Part shown: positions 41,501 to 51,221 of the stretch, piece by piece | How positions within the stretch are numbered: position 1 is the stretch's first letter | How the letters are laid out: each line of letters starts with the position of its first letter | UHGV virus genome: UHGV-0101169 | DNA: 58,642 nt | Strand: one strand, 5' to 3' | Source: a virus | Position numbers and translations under genes: made by a program | The notes under the pieces: model-generated | Databases searched by the model: none | The model's input: only the letters and a program-made list of their open reading frames with translations | Told to the model about the DNA's origin: nothing

Positions 41501-43340
41501 TACTTGCCCCTGTAAGTCCAGAGAACGCTTTAATAAGCTTGCTTTTAAGTGCAGAAGCTAATGAAAGTATTGACTTTTTAGCTGCCTTTAATGGTGCAGT
41601 TAAACCAGTTAATATGGCTTTCTTTGCTACACCCGCTGCTGCTCTAGCCGCTGTGCCAATAGATGGCATTTTTCTGACAGCATCAGAAACAGCACCTTTA
41701 GCTGAACTTGCAAGCCCTTTAAAGATATTACCATTTGCCAAGTCTCTAAAAGACTGAGATATCATGTCTTTCATGTTTTGCAACTGGCCAGATAAACTGT
41801 TTATGCTTTGTTTTGCCGCTTCTGTATTTTTCTCAATGTCCTGTGATGCATCTGCATTATTCTCACCGCTTGACGTTTTGTCTTGGAACATCGCTGGATC
41901 ATTCAACGTCATTCCGGCAGACTTTCCATATTCGCTTACTGCCTGTGCCCAATCTCTAATTTGCGCAGCTGACTCGCCGAACGTTTGAGCCATAGCATCT
42001 GCATTGTATTGCATATCAGAAGCAGCTACTTTTACAGACTCTTGGGCTTCAGAAGCGCTTTTTTCAATGTTATCTCCAAAATATGACGATATATCATCCT
42101 TATCAAACATATCATCAAGTTTTTCTGATGATGCACCATTAATTGTGCCAGTAAACACATTAGGATTAGGCCCTGTGCTTGCTGCCTGTTTCTCAGTCAC
42201 TTTTGCAGCTTCCTCAGCCGCTAAACGTGCAGATTCACGCATGTTATCCAGCTGTGCAGTAAGAGATTCAATCTGATTCTCATACTTTACAACGCTTGCA
42301 ACAGTATTCTCATAGGTCTTGCCATCTGTATTTCCAGATGCTTCTAGTTCTTGCTGTTTCAGCTTTGCATTTTCCAGACTGTTAGTTAAAGAAGTGATTT
42401 TATTTTCAATCTGCTTCTCATTTCCAGACATGGTAAAATCTTTTCCCAAGTCTGCATACTGCTCTCTGATTTCTTCAGCAGTGCGTGATATATCTTTTGA
42501 AAAACCTGACATCTGAGCAACCATTTTTTCTCGCATTTCTTTCATGCCATCAAACAAGTCACTCCACATGTCATCTTCATTGAAATTTGCGCCTTCTGAA
42601 CCAGCAGATACCAGTCTAGTAGCATCTAATCTGGCAGCTTTGACAGCTGCAATAATTTCTCTAAACTGCTGCGTCTGGTCCTCTGTACCAGAAAATAAAT
42701 CCTTAAATTTATCAGACATTTCCTGATAAATAGAATCTATTTCAATTCCAGACCCATCGGTACTAAACGATCCCATTGCAGTAGCGCGTAAACTTTTCCA
42801 ATCATCTCCAAGTTCGGCAATAACGTTTTTAGGAATATCAATTTTTCCTAGACCTTTGAAATGGTTAAAAAAGTTTTCATATTCGCCAGTGGTAGATTGC
42901 AAAACTTGTGCATTCTTTTTGACCGTATCACCTAATTTATCAAAAGTTTTCAAAAGTTCTGGATTATCCATTCCAGATGCAATCTCACCAATATTCATTC
43001 TGGCAAGAGATTGTGTCATTTCTTGAATATTTGCCCGAACTTCTTTATCTTTGATTTTATATCCCCTGATGATACTGTCTGCAAAAGTTTTACCTAACTT
43101 ATTGCCTGCCGTAACCGCACTTTTAACATTTCCAAGAGATTTTACACTTTTATCAAGCCCTCCACTTTTAGAAAGATCAGATATCTTTTTTGAAAAATCT
43201 GATAATCCGGAATCTTTTGTAAGTGCCGAAAGTCCTTCCGCCACGAGACCAAGTTTCTTTATCAATCCATCAAGGCTCTTATTTGCTTCATTCGCAGTAG
43301 TTTTGACCGCTATTTCAAGAGAATCTATTTCTGCTCCCAT
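38577..43340 (-). CDS. tail tape measure protein
   Basis: ~1590 aa, alpha-helical, Gly/Ala-rich segments. Follows the chaperone genes. Start set at MGAEIDS after SD AAAAGAGGTG. Confidence 0.85.
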   Translation of the reverse strand: MGAEIDSLEIAVKTTANEANKSLDGLIKKLGLVAEGLSALTKDSGLSDFSKKISDLSKSGGLDKSVKSLGNVKSAVTAGNKLGKTFADSIIRGYKIKDKEVRANIQEMTQSLARMNIGEIASGMDNPELLKTFDKLGDTVKKNAQVLQSTTGEYENFFNHFKGLGKIDIPKNVIAELGDDWKSLRATAMGSFSTDGSGIEIDSIYQEMSDKFKDLFSGTEDQTQQFREIIAAVKAARLDATRLVSAGSEGANFNEDDMWSDLFDGMKEMREKMVAQMSGFSKDISRTAEEIREQYADLGKDFTMSGNEKQIENKITSLTNSLENAKLKQQELEASGNTDGKTYENTVASVVKYENQIESLTAQLDNMRESARLAAEEAAKVTEKQAASTGPNPNVFTGTINGASSEKLDDMFDKDDISSYFGDNIEKSASEAQESVKVAASDMQYNADAMAQTFGESAAQIRDWAQAVSEYGKSAGMTLNDPAMFQDKTSSGENNADASQDIEKNTEAAKQSINSLSGQLQNMKDMISQSFRDLANGNIFKGLASSAKGAVSDAVRKMPSIGTAARAAAGVAKKAILTGLTAPLKAAKKSILSLASALKSKLIKAFSGLTGASKGSHNSLLKNLGTMLRYAVGVRTLFALINKLRKAFVDGMQNLVKYSSETNASMSLLMNSTNQLKNSVAAAASPLLNALAPALNTIIQMCINAANAVNQLFSALTGHGTWIKAKKQTQDYAKSLGKAGKAADDLKTHTLGIDELNIVDQSKSGGSGGSGASAADMFETDEIDSKYKEWSDKIKSMWEAADFTELGSAVGTWLKNGLDAIPWDGIQESARKIASSIGTFINGFVETEGLATSIGTTIGQGINTAVDFANTLLDVTHWDSIGKFIGDGLNGIVNSVQWDEIGQMLANGLNAVFTVLENAATTFDWTNFGSSLALSLNTFASTFSWSGAASSLSSVVTGLLDTLIALLDETDWGAFGEGVMDFLVGIDWEGLAERLVSSAVLIVEGLYGFLADAITSVNWQQIGISIVNELIKIVTTIDYAGLVSSAYTYLGAAIGASLALAAGVGQAVWNQLVAGFNATIAYFDTYIQAAGGNIIQGLYNGIVDALKSVGQWIIDNIFTPFIDGFKAAFGIHSPSTVMADMGGYLMEGLINGIKDGWNNIKESVGTVAQSVIDKFKDILGIHSPSTVMDENGVYLIEGLQNGISGTINDVYDIFSESKWKEIGQGMLDGLIKPFESSNGIDTISTFATDVYNTISDTLSESQFSTIGTTAVSGLASSFTTTALDPIFGNLETSLMNAWNQAAVWWSGTAMPTFFSANVSPWFTTEKWKTTTDGMKTGLIAKWDEFVSQWKTKTNTWWNTNVKTWFTVEKWKEQGDHFKTALLDKWAEFETQWNTNINNWFTNNVSTWFTKEKWEPFGTNMKDGIYSGFKGIVKEVGDLVNGMIDLFNTGLSRIAESMNDLISDYNEAAKEMQEDTISHVSFRAIAHVDIPKYSVGGFPEDGLFFANHNEMVGQFSNGKTAVANNEQIVAGITAGVREAVVDVLAPYLSQIAENTRETADKDTSISLDGRELVSAINSRISRNGFSFT

Positions 43341-43403
43341 TTGACACCTCTTTTCTGAAAACAAAAAAAGGGAGATAAGCAATTACACCTATCTCCCTAA
43401 AAC

Positions 43404-44183
43404 TTAAAAATTTCCCACATCCTGTTTGCCATCTGAATTTGTCAAGTACAATGCACACTCATATGGATGTCCTGATCTAGGCTCAAAGTAATACCAACTA
43501 TCGCCAATATCTTGCCAGCCAGTTACTGCATATCCATCTTTGTTGAAATAATACTTATGATGGTTGATAACTTTCCAACAATTTTTGCAATATGTTGATT
43601 TCGTATCTGCATACCACCAACCATTGCTATCATGGTTCCATCCAACAGTGTATGAATTACTTTCTGCAAGGGTCCAATCTGGTCTTCCATATCCATCAAT
43701 TCTGCTGTTGTTAAGATTATACGATTTTTCGCAGACGGCACCACCATTAGCGACAACTTCTGCACCGCTGCTGGTATTACCTTCAATCGTATAGACTTTT
43801 CCACCGGAAACTTTTATTACAATTCCGGTGTGGCATATTCTTGACGAATTGCGGAAAAAAATCTGATCTCCTGGTTTGGGATCAGATTTGTGGTATTGGC
43901 CCTTATTCTTAAAATATTGTGCAGACGTAGGAGTATAAGCGCTAAAGCCACCACACAACAATTGTTTAGCTTTTACTGAACCAAAGGCTTGTACAAAACA
44001 CCAGTCTACGAACATATCACACCACGCTTGACCTTGAAGTGACGGATAAATATCCCTGGCATACTTTGTGTAATTATTGCTACCTGCATTGCCGGTTTTA
44101 CTATCTAAAATATCATTTGACATTTTTTCAAGATATCCAACTTCTGCTTTTGCAATTCCTATTAATCTGTCAACTACGCTCAT
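43404..44183 (-). CDS. CHAP-domain peptidoglycan hydrolase with C-terminal choline-binding-type repeats (endolysin or virion-associated lysin)
   Basis: Cys/His CHAP motifs (QAWCDMFVDWCF; HTGIV). YG-type cell-wall-binding repeats (GWQDIGDSWYYF). Confidence 0.7.
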   Translation of the reverse strand: MSVVDRLIGIAKAEVGYLEKMSNDILDSKTGNAGSNNYTKYARDIYPSLQGQAWCDMFVDWCFVQAFGSVKAKQLLCGGFSAYTPTSAQYFKNKGQYHKSDPKPGDQIFFRNSSRICHTGIVIKVSGGKVYTIEGNTSSGAEVVANGGAVCEKSYNLNNSRIDGYGRPDWTLAESNSYTVGWNHDSNGWWYADTKSTYCKNCWKVINHHKYYFNKDGYAVTGWQDIGDSWYYFEPRSGHPYECALYLTNSDGKQDVGNF

Positions 44184-44197
44184 TCATAGATTCTCCT

Positions 44198-44595
44198 TTA
44201 ATCCGGCCCTTCAGGAAGACCAGCTTGCCTTAGCAAGTTAATTCTCTGCTTCATTTCATAGACAGCGCATTCCTCATTAGATTCAACATTACCGTTATCA
44301 GAGCTATCTTTGTATTTATCCAATACTGGATGTTCGATATACTTAGCTCTTGACTTTTTGCCTGCCAAATTGCGTTCAATTGCAACCCCAACGGCAGATA
44401 ACCCATAAGATCCCCATTGCATCCATGCTTCTACATCTCTATGTTTACGTTCAAGCATATTAGCCTCAGCATATGGCTGTAAATCAGTCGGGCATGATTC
44501 GTCTATTTCTGATACTGTCAATCCATAACCTTTAGACACCATTAACCAATACGGCCGTATTTCTTTACAATATGTCTGCCAGGTTAATTCTTTTT
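44198..44595 (-). CDS. tail assembly chaperone, -1 frameshift extension (T-like part)
   Basis: The -1 frame is open across the stop of the 44584..45000 ORF. Slippery AAAAAG at ~44590-44595. Confidence 0.55.
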
Positions 44596-45000
44596 GCTCT
44601 CTGCCGTTTCCAAAACTGCCTGAGACGTTTTCTGCTTTTTGGCTTTTGCCATTCTGGATAAAAAACCATTCTCAAGCAACTCCTTCTGTAAAATAGAAAA
44701 CAAGGTATTCATGTCTCCATCTTCACCATCAAAATAATCATCCAGAAGCGCATATACTTTTTCCAGACATGCGTCTTTCTGACTTTTATTTTCCGGTTCA
44801 TAACCAAACTCTTCTTTGTGGAATTTTTGCAGACCAACTAAAAGCATCTCTGGTAAGAAAAGTAAAAGTTTTTCCACTGACTCCATGTCTCCTGAAATAT
44901 TATCCATATTCATCAGATCACGAATAATGCCAGACTTGATTGTAGCCTCATAGCCATACTTGATTTTTAATTCTCTATCTCCAAACTTAATTGTAGTCAT
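44584..45000 (-). CDS. tail assembly chaperone (G-like)
   Basis: Position between the major tail protein and tape measure protein. Acidic. Confidence 0.6.
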   Translation of the reverse strand: MTTIKFGDRELKIKYGYEATIKSGIIRDLMNMDNISGDMESVEKLLLFLPEMLLVGLQKFHKEEFGYEPENKSQKDACLEKVYALLDDYFDGEDGDMNTLFSILQKELLENGFLSRMAKAKKQKTSQAVLETAESKKN

Positions 45001-45068
45001 TTTTATCCCTTTCCCCTATGGTATACATAGGAAAGGGGGCACTCCGTAGAATGCCCCACTTATCTTAC

Positions 45069-45569
45069 TTATGATTTTTTAGTTAATGTAATGCTTGTCG
45101 GATAACCATTTTCATCCTCAACAACTGCAACGTCATAATCATCCTCAATCCACTTCGGAACCGTCTGAACAGATACCGTTGCAGTACCAGTCAGATGATC
45201 ATCGGATGCTTCGCCAGGTGCAAAGGACTCCTGACCGATAAATCCACAGATTCCCTCTGAACCCTTACCGTCTGTTCCATACAGAATGATAAAGTCCAGT
45301 TTCTTGCCCTCGTTGGTCACCATCTCATCTTTGTACTTTTTCTCAAAAGCGCCCTCAACTTCCATAGAACCAGCAGAACGTCTTCCCATTTCCTGAGTCT
45401 CTACAAGATCCTCCAGTGTAGATGTGTCTACCATATTCTGAGATCCGAATGGAGACGGAATGCTCTTCGCTCTCAGCAAAAGCTTATAAGTACCAGCCCA
45501 ATACTCGCCTGTAGTTGCAGAAGTGCTGGTTTCTTTGTAAGCAATCCTTGATTTTAAGCCTGTAGCCAT
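45069..45569 (-). CDS. major tail protein
   Basis: Size and position. SD AGGAGGTAAAAAT. Confidence 0.65.
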   Translation of the reverse strand: MATGLKSRIAYKETSTSATTGEYWAGTYKLLLRAKSIPSPFGSQNMVDTSTLEDLVETQEMGRRSAGSMEVEGAFEKKYKDEMVTNEGKKLDFIILYGTDGKGSEGICGFIGQESFAPGEASDDHLTGTATVSVQTVPKWIEDDYDVAVVEDENGYPTSITLTKKS

Positions 45570-45619
45570 ATTTTTACCTCCTGAATTTTCATAAAAAAAT
45601 AAGAGCCATAAGCCCTTTA

Positions 45620-46033
45620 CTACAAAATGTCTGTTGCGCTAATAATGCGCCGCACCCTCATCGTGCTTCTGTACGTTCCATTGTCACCGGAAAACTCCGG
45701 CATTGCAGTTATCCAGAAGCACATGCGTTTAAACTCATCGGCTATGACTGCCATAACCTTATTTGCATCACTCTGATTTGTATTAGTGATGACATCAACC
45801 TGGAACGTTTCTTGTACTGCATTCACGCTGATCCCTTCTAGGTCTTGTGCTTTCTCAACACCAGGGAGTTCATGCAGGTACACCGTAGGAAACAGGGCCT
45901 TAGAAGTGTTCTGCTCAATATCGGTAAAGTAAATGTTCGGGTATTTCCCAGAAAGCTTCTCACTCGCCCTGGATTTCACGATTGAGAATATTTTCTTTTC
46001 AAGGTCATATACCCATTGATTTACACTTATCAT
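45620..46033 (-). CDS. tail terminator / head-tail joining protein
   Basis: Position. Confidence 0.45.
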   Translation of the reverse strand: MISVNQWVYDLEKKIFSIVKSRASEKLSGKYPNIYFTDIEQNTSKALFPTVYLHELPGVEKAQDLEGISVNAVQETFQVDVITNTNQSDANKVMAVIADEFKRMCFWITAMPEFSGDNGTYRSTMRVRRIISATDIL

Positions 46034-46584
46034 GCGCCAAACACCTCCCTTGCTGTCTCCTCTATAATGTCCCTCAATTCATTTGCTGTGTTGTGCATGA
46101 ATGGTCGGCTTGGCATGCCTTTTGTGATATGCAGCTTCCCATCCTTGCCAATGTAAGTCCAGTAATATTCGCCGGCTTTTACAAATGTGCTGCCATGGAT
46201 GACAATATCTTCCATAGCCTGCCGAATTGTGCGCCCTGAATTATAAGCCCATGAAACACCATCCGGAAACTCATATGGATATGGCGAAGACTGACCAACT
46301 TGTCCCGTTCCGAACTCTACGAACGCGCAATGGTTAGTTCCTGCTATCACAGCCCATATCCCACTGCCCGTTTTTTCAGAATGTATGCTTTCCAAAAGTT
46401 CACTTGTAAAAACAGCATCGAGACTTATGATTTCTGCCTTGGCAATCTCCACGCCTTTTTCAGCCAATTTTTGGCTAAGCATGTTACACTTATTCGCCAA
46501 ATCCTTTTTATAGTCCTCTAAGTCCTTTATAGCGGCTTTAACGGACGAAACTGAAAGGTTAAACGTTATGGTATGGCCCGTCAT
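46030..46584 (-). CDS. HK97 gp10-like tail component
   Basis: C-terminal ...GMPSRPFMHN motif. Confidence 0.55.
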   Translation of the reverse strand: MTGHTITFNLSVSSVKAAIKDLEDYKKDLANKCNMLSQKLAEKGVEIAKAEIISLDAVFTSELLESIHSEKTGSGIWAVIAGTNHCAFVEFGTGQVGQSSPYPYEFPDGVSWAYNSGRTIRQAMEDIVIHGSTFVKAGEYYWTYIGKDGKLHITKGMPSRPFMHNTANELRDIIEETAREVFGA

Positions 46585-47009
46585 TACTTCACCACTTTTT
46601 GTAATAAGAACAAGTCTACGGTCAACCCCTCGTCAGCTACACCACGGACCGTGTAATCCGCAGTCAGTGGGTCAACGCCACCATCAGCATCATATCCCAC
46701 AGCTGACTTTTTCCAAACCATGTCCCCGGCAGTCAGTGATAGATAACCTTTGTCTGTCACAATCTGGACATAAGTGCTACTATCATCAATACCAAATTCT
46801 TTAACAAGAACCTCACTAAGTTTGTTGCTGATGTTTGCATAAAACTCTTGTGGTTCGGAATAACCAATTTTTTCATCAGCAATAATCGGTATCTTATTCC
46901 CATCCCCATCAATGTAGTATTTTATGCTTCCATCTTCTTCTTTTTCATATACAATGATACGCTGTCCTTTGCGGGAACATTTCATTTTCTGCTTATTAAT
47001 ATCAAGCAT
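46584..47009 (-). CDS. hypothetical structural protein
   Basis: Position. Confidence 0.4.
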   Translation of the reverse strand: MLDINKQKMKCSRKGQRIIVYEKEEDGSIKYYIDGDGNKIPIIADEKIGYSEPQEFYANISNKLSEVLVKEFGIDDSSTYVQIVTDKGYLSLTAGDMVWKKSAVGYDADGGVDPLTADYTVRGVADEGLTVDLFLLQKVVK

Positions 47010-47271
47010 CTTTTTTTACCTGCTTATAAATCTGGTTTACACCGGTACTGGCAAGCCCGCTTACGATCCCCACTGCAATAGCTGTCATAATGTCCGTTGC
47101 TGGGAAATCTGGGATAACATACATTCCAACCGCACCAAGGATGCCACCCACAGCACCAACAATTACTGGAATGTAATTATCCTTAACTCCGTCTACAGTC
47201 TTTGCTCCAAGCCCAACCAAATAGCAGATAACCACAATCGCTAACGATGTTCCGACTTGTGTAATATCCAT
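47002..47271 (-). CDS. holin (multi-TM, Gly-rich helices, charged C-terminus KQVKKDA)
   Basis: Three predicted TM segments. GAVGGILGAVG...AIAVGIVSGLASTG. Confidence 0.55.
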   Translation of the reverse strand: MDITQVGTSLAIVVICYLVGLGAKTVDGVKDNYIPVIVGAVGGILGAVGMYVIPDFPATDIMTAIAVGIVSGLASTGVNQIYKQVKKDA

Positions 47272-47576
47272 TATTCTTTGCCCCCTTTTTTAAAGTGTAG
47301 CTCTTGGATCTCTTTATACATTTTAGTAATCATTCCGTTTCCGCCTAAAGCATGATAAGCGTCATACATTTCGGAAAAATTATCATAAGCGTATGAGGGG
47401 ATTTCCCCCTCTTTCATATACTTAGTGTGATACTCAATCAGCTGCACACGCAGCAAAAGCATGGTACCTTTGCTGTTTGCATCTCTGTCCTTTTTTTGCT
47501 GTTGCAAAAGCCAAACAATGTACCCTAAAATCACCGGCAATGCCAATGTATATGTCTGTAGTAAAATTTCTTTCAT
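47271..47576 (-). CDS. single-TM small membrane protein (possible second holin component)
   Basis: MKEILLQTYTLALPVILGYIVWLLQQQKK. SD AGGAG 7 nt upstream. Confidence 0.4.
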   Translation of the reverse strand: MKEILLQTYTLALPVILGYIVWLLQQQKKDRDANSKGTMLLLRVQLIEYHTKYMKEGEIPSYAYDNFSEMYDAYHALGGNGMITKMYKEIQELHFKKGGKE

Positions 47577-47705
47577 TTCATAGCTCCTGCTGCTGTAAAA
47601 ATTACACACTGCCCACCGCCACAAAAAAGTGTGCCCCTGCTATCGTTTTGTTAACCTCAACAAAATCATAACGCACAATCTTCTAAACTCCTCGATATCG
47701 AGGAG

Positions 47706-48068
47706 TTATAAAACCTTTACAAACGGATATACCCCAGCCAGAAGGCTATCACGATCTTTCCAGTTCCTGCTTACTCCATTCTCTGTATAAGATGCCATAT
47801 AAGCCTCTCCTGCCTGCGACCTATCATACACAGTCAGATTTACGATGACACTTTCATATTTCTTCATGTCATTTTCAATTTGTTCCTTTGTATAACTCTC
47901 TGGGTACATCCGCCTGCTCATGATTTCATCTGTTGCCTGAACAATTAGCTGCTCCAATAATGGATTTTCTTCTTTATGGTCAAACACAGTAATGTCAGTT
48001 CCGGAGCTATCATCGATATGAAATTGTTTCAGCCGGATCTTTACCTGCTCTAATACCGTATATGCCAT
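47706..48068 (-). CDS. head-tail connector (gp6-like)
   Basis: Size and position after the capsid gene. Confidence 0.55.
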   Translation of the reverse strand: MAYTVLEQVKIRLKQFHIDDSSGTDITVFDHKEENPLLEQLIVQATDEIMSRRMYPESYTKEQIENDMKKYESVIVNLTVYDRSQAGEAYMASYTENGVSRNWKDRDSLLAGVYPFVKVL

Positions 48069-48076
48069 AAAACCTC

Positions 48077-48313
48077 CTAAAGCCCAAACAAGTTGATAAA
48101 ATACTCTTTCAGTGCTGATCCTGTCATAGATTCATATCCTACAACTCCATTTTCAGCAGCAAGAGACTTTAAATCGTCAGTACTCATTCTGTTAATTTCT
48201 GTTTTGGTAAACCTTTGGTCAAATGGTAAAGAAGCGGTTTCACCCACTTCTTTAATTTCTTGACCAGGAAGATACCATTTGCCATTGTATTTAACTTTGT
48301 GGTCAAACTTCAT
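48077..48313 (-). CDS. hypothetical small head protein
   Basis: ORF only. Confidence 0.45.
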   Translation of the reverse strand: MKFDHKVKYNGKWYLPGQEIKEVGETASLPFDQRFTKTEINRMSTDDLKSLAAENGVVGYESMTGSALKEYFINLFGL

Positions 48314-48329
48314 GGTAATAGCCCTCCAA

Positions 48330-49436
48330 TTAATAACACTTGATTACATATGTGCTATCCATTCTTTCATAGGACGGAAGTACGATTTCAGATACAGTAG
48401 TCTTTGTCTGTACTGGATCACTGGTAGTTGTCACTGCCACAGCTACACCAGTATTGACAATTGATACATCTGCTTCTCCACTTCCCATAAGGGTTCTTTC
48501 CTCAGGAGTTGTACCATACCAAGTGTTTCCTAATGCACCATTAGGAATCAGTGTTGCAAATCCATCTGGATAGAATTTGGCAGCAGTGCCAGCCTCATTC
48601 TTGTACTGCTTTGAGTATACAATAATGCTTACTCCTAACTCGTTGGAGAATACTTCTTTTACACGATTGTCATTCATGAAAATGTTAGCTGTTACATTTT
48701 GTGCCAGAATAGCATTGCGGATTTTCTTATTCTGCTTCAGATAATCCATTGTCTTTCTGGAAACAATCATGATGGATGGACGTTCTCCAGTTTCTGCTTC
48801 TACCGCATCTAATGCAGTAGCAACATCATCTAATGGGTCAGAATTAGTAGTATCGTCCCATTTATCAGTTGCAGTTTCAAGTGAAGCAAAATTCTTCGTA
48901 GCATATGTGTTGTTTGGATCATAGTTATATGCATAATTTACTCCATTTGCCTGAATGGAAATCTTAGGATGTCCATCGGATGGTGCTAATAGCTGCATAA
49001 TCATACGTTCAGGAACAACATTAGCACCGTCAATTAAGGTATTGGCATCATCGAAGATTCTGCTCAATACTTCTGATGCATATGGATCCGTACTATCCTG
49101 AACACGCATAATTTCCTGTTCATCCGCTTCCTTAATCAGCATTGATTCGCGAAAAAACGCCATCTCTGTTTCGGTAAGCTTAAAACCTTCACGGCTTCTA
49201 AGAGTAGACACAGCATCAAAATTTGATGGTGCCAGGGAAACCGGAAGACCTTTAGATGTCTTGATCCACTTCAGATCAAGCCCCATTTTCTTTTTTGCCG
49301 GAAATAATCCGGAACCAAGATATGCAATTTTGTTACTTGCAACTTCTGTATTTACGAGTGCAATCGCTTTAGCGCTATACGCATCTCTAATATTCATCAT
49401 GTCCTCACTTTCTACCGATACGGTTAATGGTCGCAA
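48330..49436 (-). CDS. major capsid protein
   Basis: 368 aa, between scaffold and connector. Confidence 0.75.
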   Translation of the reverse strand: MRPLTVSVESEDMMNIRDAYSAKAIALVNTEVASNKIAYLGSGLFPAKKKMGLDLKWIKTSKGLPVSLAPSNFDAVSTLRSREGFKLTETEMAFFRESMLIKEADEQEIMRVQDSTDPYASEVLSRIFDDANTLIDGANVVPERMIMQLLAPSDGHPKISIQANGVNYAYNYDPNNTYATKNFASLETATDKWDDTTNSDPLDDVATALDAVEAETGERPSIMIVSRKTMDYLKQNKKIRNAILAQNVTANIFMNDNRVKEVFSNELGVSIIVYSKQYKNEAGTAAKFYPDGFATLIPNGALGNTWYGTTPEERTLMGSGEADVSIVNTGVAVAVTTTSDPVQTKTTVSEIVLPSYERMDSTYVIKCY

Positions 49437-49456
49437 ATCTTTATGACCATTTTTTC

Positions 49457-49795
49457 TTACTCAAATACAATAAGCGGAAGTGCTGTTTTTACTCCTGAAG
49501 CAATTGTAATTCCCGCATTAGTGTTCGCATTGGTCTCATTTACACATGCAAATGCCTTTACAATGGTTCCATTCGGGTTTGAATCATATACATCTGTCAG
49601 AAGTATTCCTACTGCTGCCCCATCAGAAGATTCAGCATTTACTTTTTTTCCAGTAGCATCAATGGGATTTCCTGCCTTACAAACATGATTCGTAAAAGCT
49701 GTAGAATCGAGGGTGATCTCTTCAAACAGTTCTCCGCCCAGTCTTCTTTTTAAAATTTCTTTCTGTGTAGTTACACTAGACTCTGTAAATTTCAT
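49457..49795 (-). CDS. head decoration/Ig-like protein
   Basis: Position. SD GGAGG. Confidence 0.45.
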   Translation of the reverse strand: MKFTESSVTTQKEILKRRLGGELFEEITLDSTAFTNHVCKAGNPIDATGKKVNAESSDGAAVGILLTDVYDSNPNGTIVKAFACVNETNANTNAGITIASGVKTALPLIVFE

Positions 49796-49805
49796 TGCTT
49801 GCCTC

Positions 49806-50363
49806 CTATAAATAACTATCTACGACTGACTTTGCAGCTTCATTCACTCCGGCAAGTGACTTTCCAATTGACTCAGCTGCTTTTTCAGCATCTGTTTTTG
49901 CTTTATTACCGCCTGTTCCACCACCCGGAATGTCCTGATTTTTAGCAATCTCTTGTTCCTTTGCCTGTGCAGCAGCCGTTTCTTTATCGGACATAATTTT
50001 TCCAAGTTCAGCGTAGTCAAGGCTACCGTCATCTTTCACAACCGTTTTGGCCTGCTCAGCTGTAATCTTAAAATTGGTCATTGCAGCCTCTCTCTGATCT
50101 CTGATGGCATTGTTCTTTTGCAAGTCAGCAATTGTCTTATTCGCCGCTTCCAGAGCCTTGTTGACCTTCTCAACCTCAGAAAGGTTTCCAGCCTCCAAGT
50201 CATCAATTCTTTTCTGAAGATCAGCCGCCTTGTCTGCATCAGCTTTATAAGCCTTTGCTTTTTCTTTTTCCCTAGCCACTTCACTGTTGTTCTGATTCAA
50301 CAGATTTGTAATCTGGTCATCGGTTGCATCTGGAAAAAGCTTTAAGATTTGTTCCCTTGTCAT
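49806..50363 (-). CDS. scaffolding protein
   Basis: Highly charged, helical, K/E/A-rich, upstream of the capsid gene. Confidence 0.6.
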   Translation of the reverse strand: MTREQILKLFPDATDDQITNLLNQNNSEVAREKEKAKAYKADADKAADLQKRIDDLEAGNLSEVEKVNKALEAANKTIADLQKNNAIRDQREAAMTNFKITAEQAKTVVKDDGSLDYAELGKIMSDKETAAAQAKEQEIAKNQDIPGGGTGGNKAKTDAEKAAESIGKSLAGVNEAAKSVVDSYL

Positions 50364-50452
50364 AAAAAATTACCTCCATTACTCACGCTTTTGTTCCCGC
50401 AGGTCGCTCCTGCTGAGTTTCCTATTTACCGCATAGGTGCAAATTTTTATAA

Positions 50453-50480
50453 GAAAAAAGCAACCCTAAAAAGGTTGCTT
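50453..50480 (-). terminator. intrinsic terminator AAGCAACC-loop-GGTTGCTT-U6
   Basis: Perfect 8-bp stem followed by a T-run in minus sense. Confidence 0.65.
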
Positions 50481-51108
50481 AATCTTTCGTATATCTTAAA
50501 GAGCATCGACAATTAATGATTTCCTCCGGAAAGGCATCAGCTCCCAATGACGTATCTCTTGGAAACATCATCTGCGCATCGCCAACATCGAAATGCTCAA
50601 AAATTCCTATTTTATTTTCATCAAGTCTCACATGGGTGTGTCGAACACGATTGTCTTTCATTGTACGCCATGTTTTGAACCGGTATCCATTTTTTATCAT
50701 TTCTACCTGTTCGCGATAGTTTCCAACAGAATTCGCTTCATTCGCAGCCAGAAGCATTGCTCTTTCTTCTGACAAGTAATACTCACTGTCGATATTCTCC
50801 AATGTGGTATCAACAATGGACTTTGTTACCTGCGCAGCGTATTCCGCAATATATGCCGGAGTTACTTTTACACCCATGTACTCTGTGGCAATCTGACAAT
50901 ATTTATCATCAATATACTGATAACAGCTGTCTGCATTCTCATCATCTTGTACTGCCATTGCAAACAGAAGTAAAAAAGCCACTTCCATATCTTTTGCAAG
51001 TTGAATTCGGTCTTTCTTTTCCTTTTCCGTTATCTCCATTTCTCCAAAATATTGCTCATAGGATAGCGGTTCGGTTATATTCAGTTCATCAATTTTATTT
51101 ACCGCCAT
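50479..51108 (-). CDS. head morphogenesis protein (Phage Mu F / SPP1 gp7-like)
   Basis: C-terminal HTHVRLDENKIG...EEIINCRCSL motif. Confidence 0.6.
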   Translation of the reverse strand: MAVNKIDELNITEPLSYEQYFGEMEITEKEKKDRIQLAKDMEVAFLLLFAMAVQDDENADSCYQYIDDKYCQIATEYMGVKVTPAYIAEYAAQVTKSIVDTTLENIDSEYYLSEERAMLLAANEANSVGNYREQVEMIKNGYRFKTWRTMKDNRVRHTHVRLDENKIGIFEHFDVGDAQMMFPRDTSLGADAFPEEIINCRCSLRYTKD

Positions 51109-51221
51109 ATGGCACTCCTAAAATGGTTTGAACCTGTTCCATTTTGGAAACAGTTGATATAAAAATAGCAACTGCCAAGAATTACTCAGTAGTTGCTTTA
51201 TTATTTTGGTTCTAGTTGATA

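Noticed and set aside
38581-43344. Numerous plus-strand ORFs (60-140 aa) inside the tape-measure gene
   Set aside because: Shadow ORFs on the antisense strand of a 4.8-kb gene. Ser/Ala/Leu-rich with no ribosome-binding sites.
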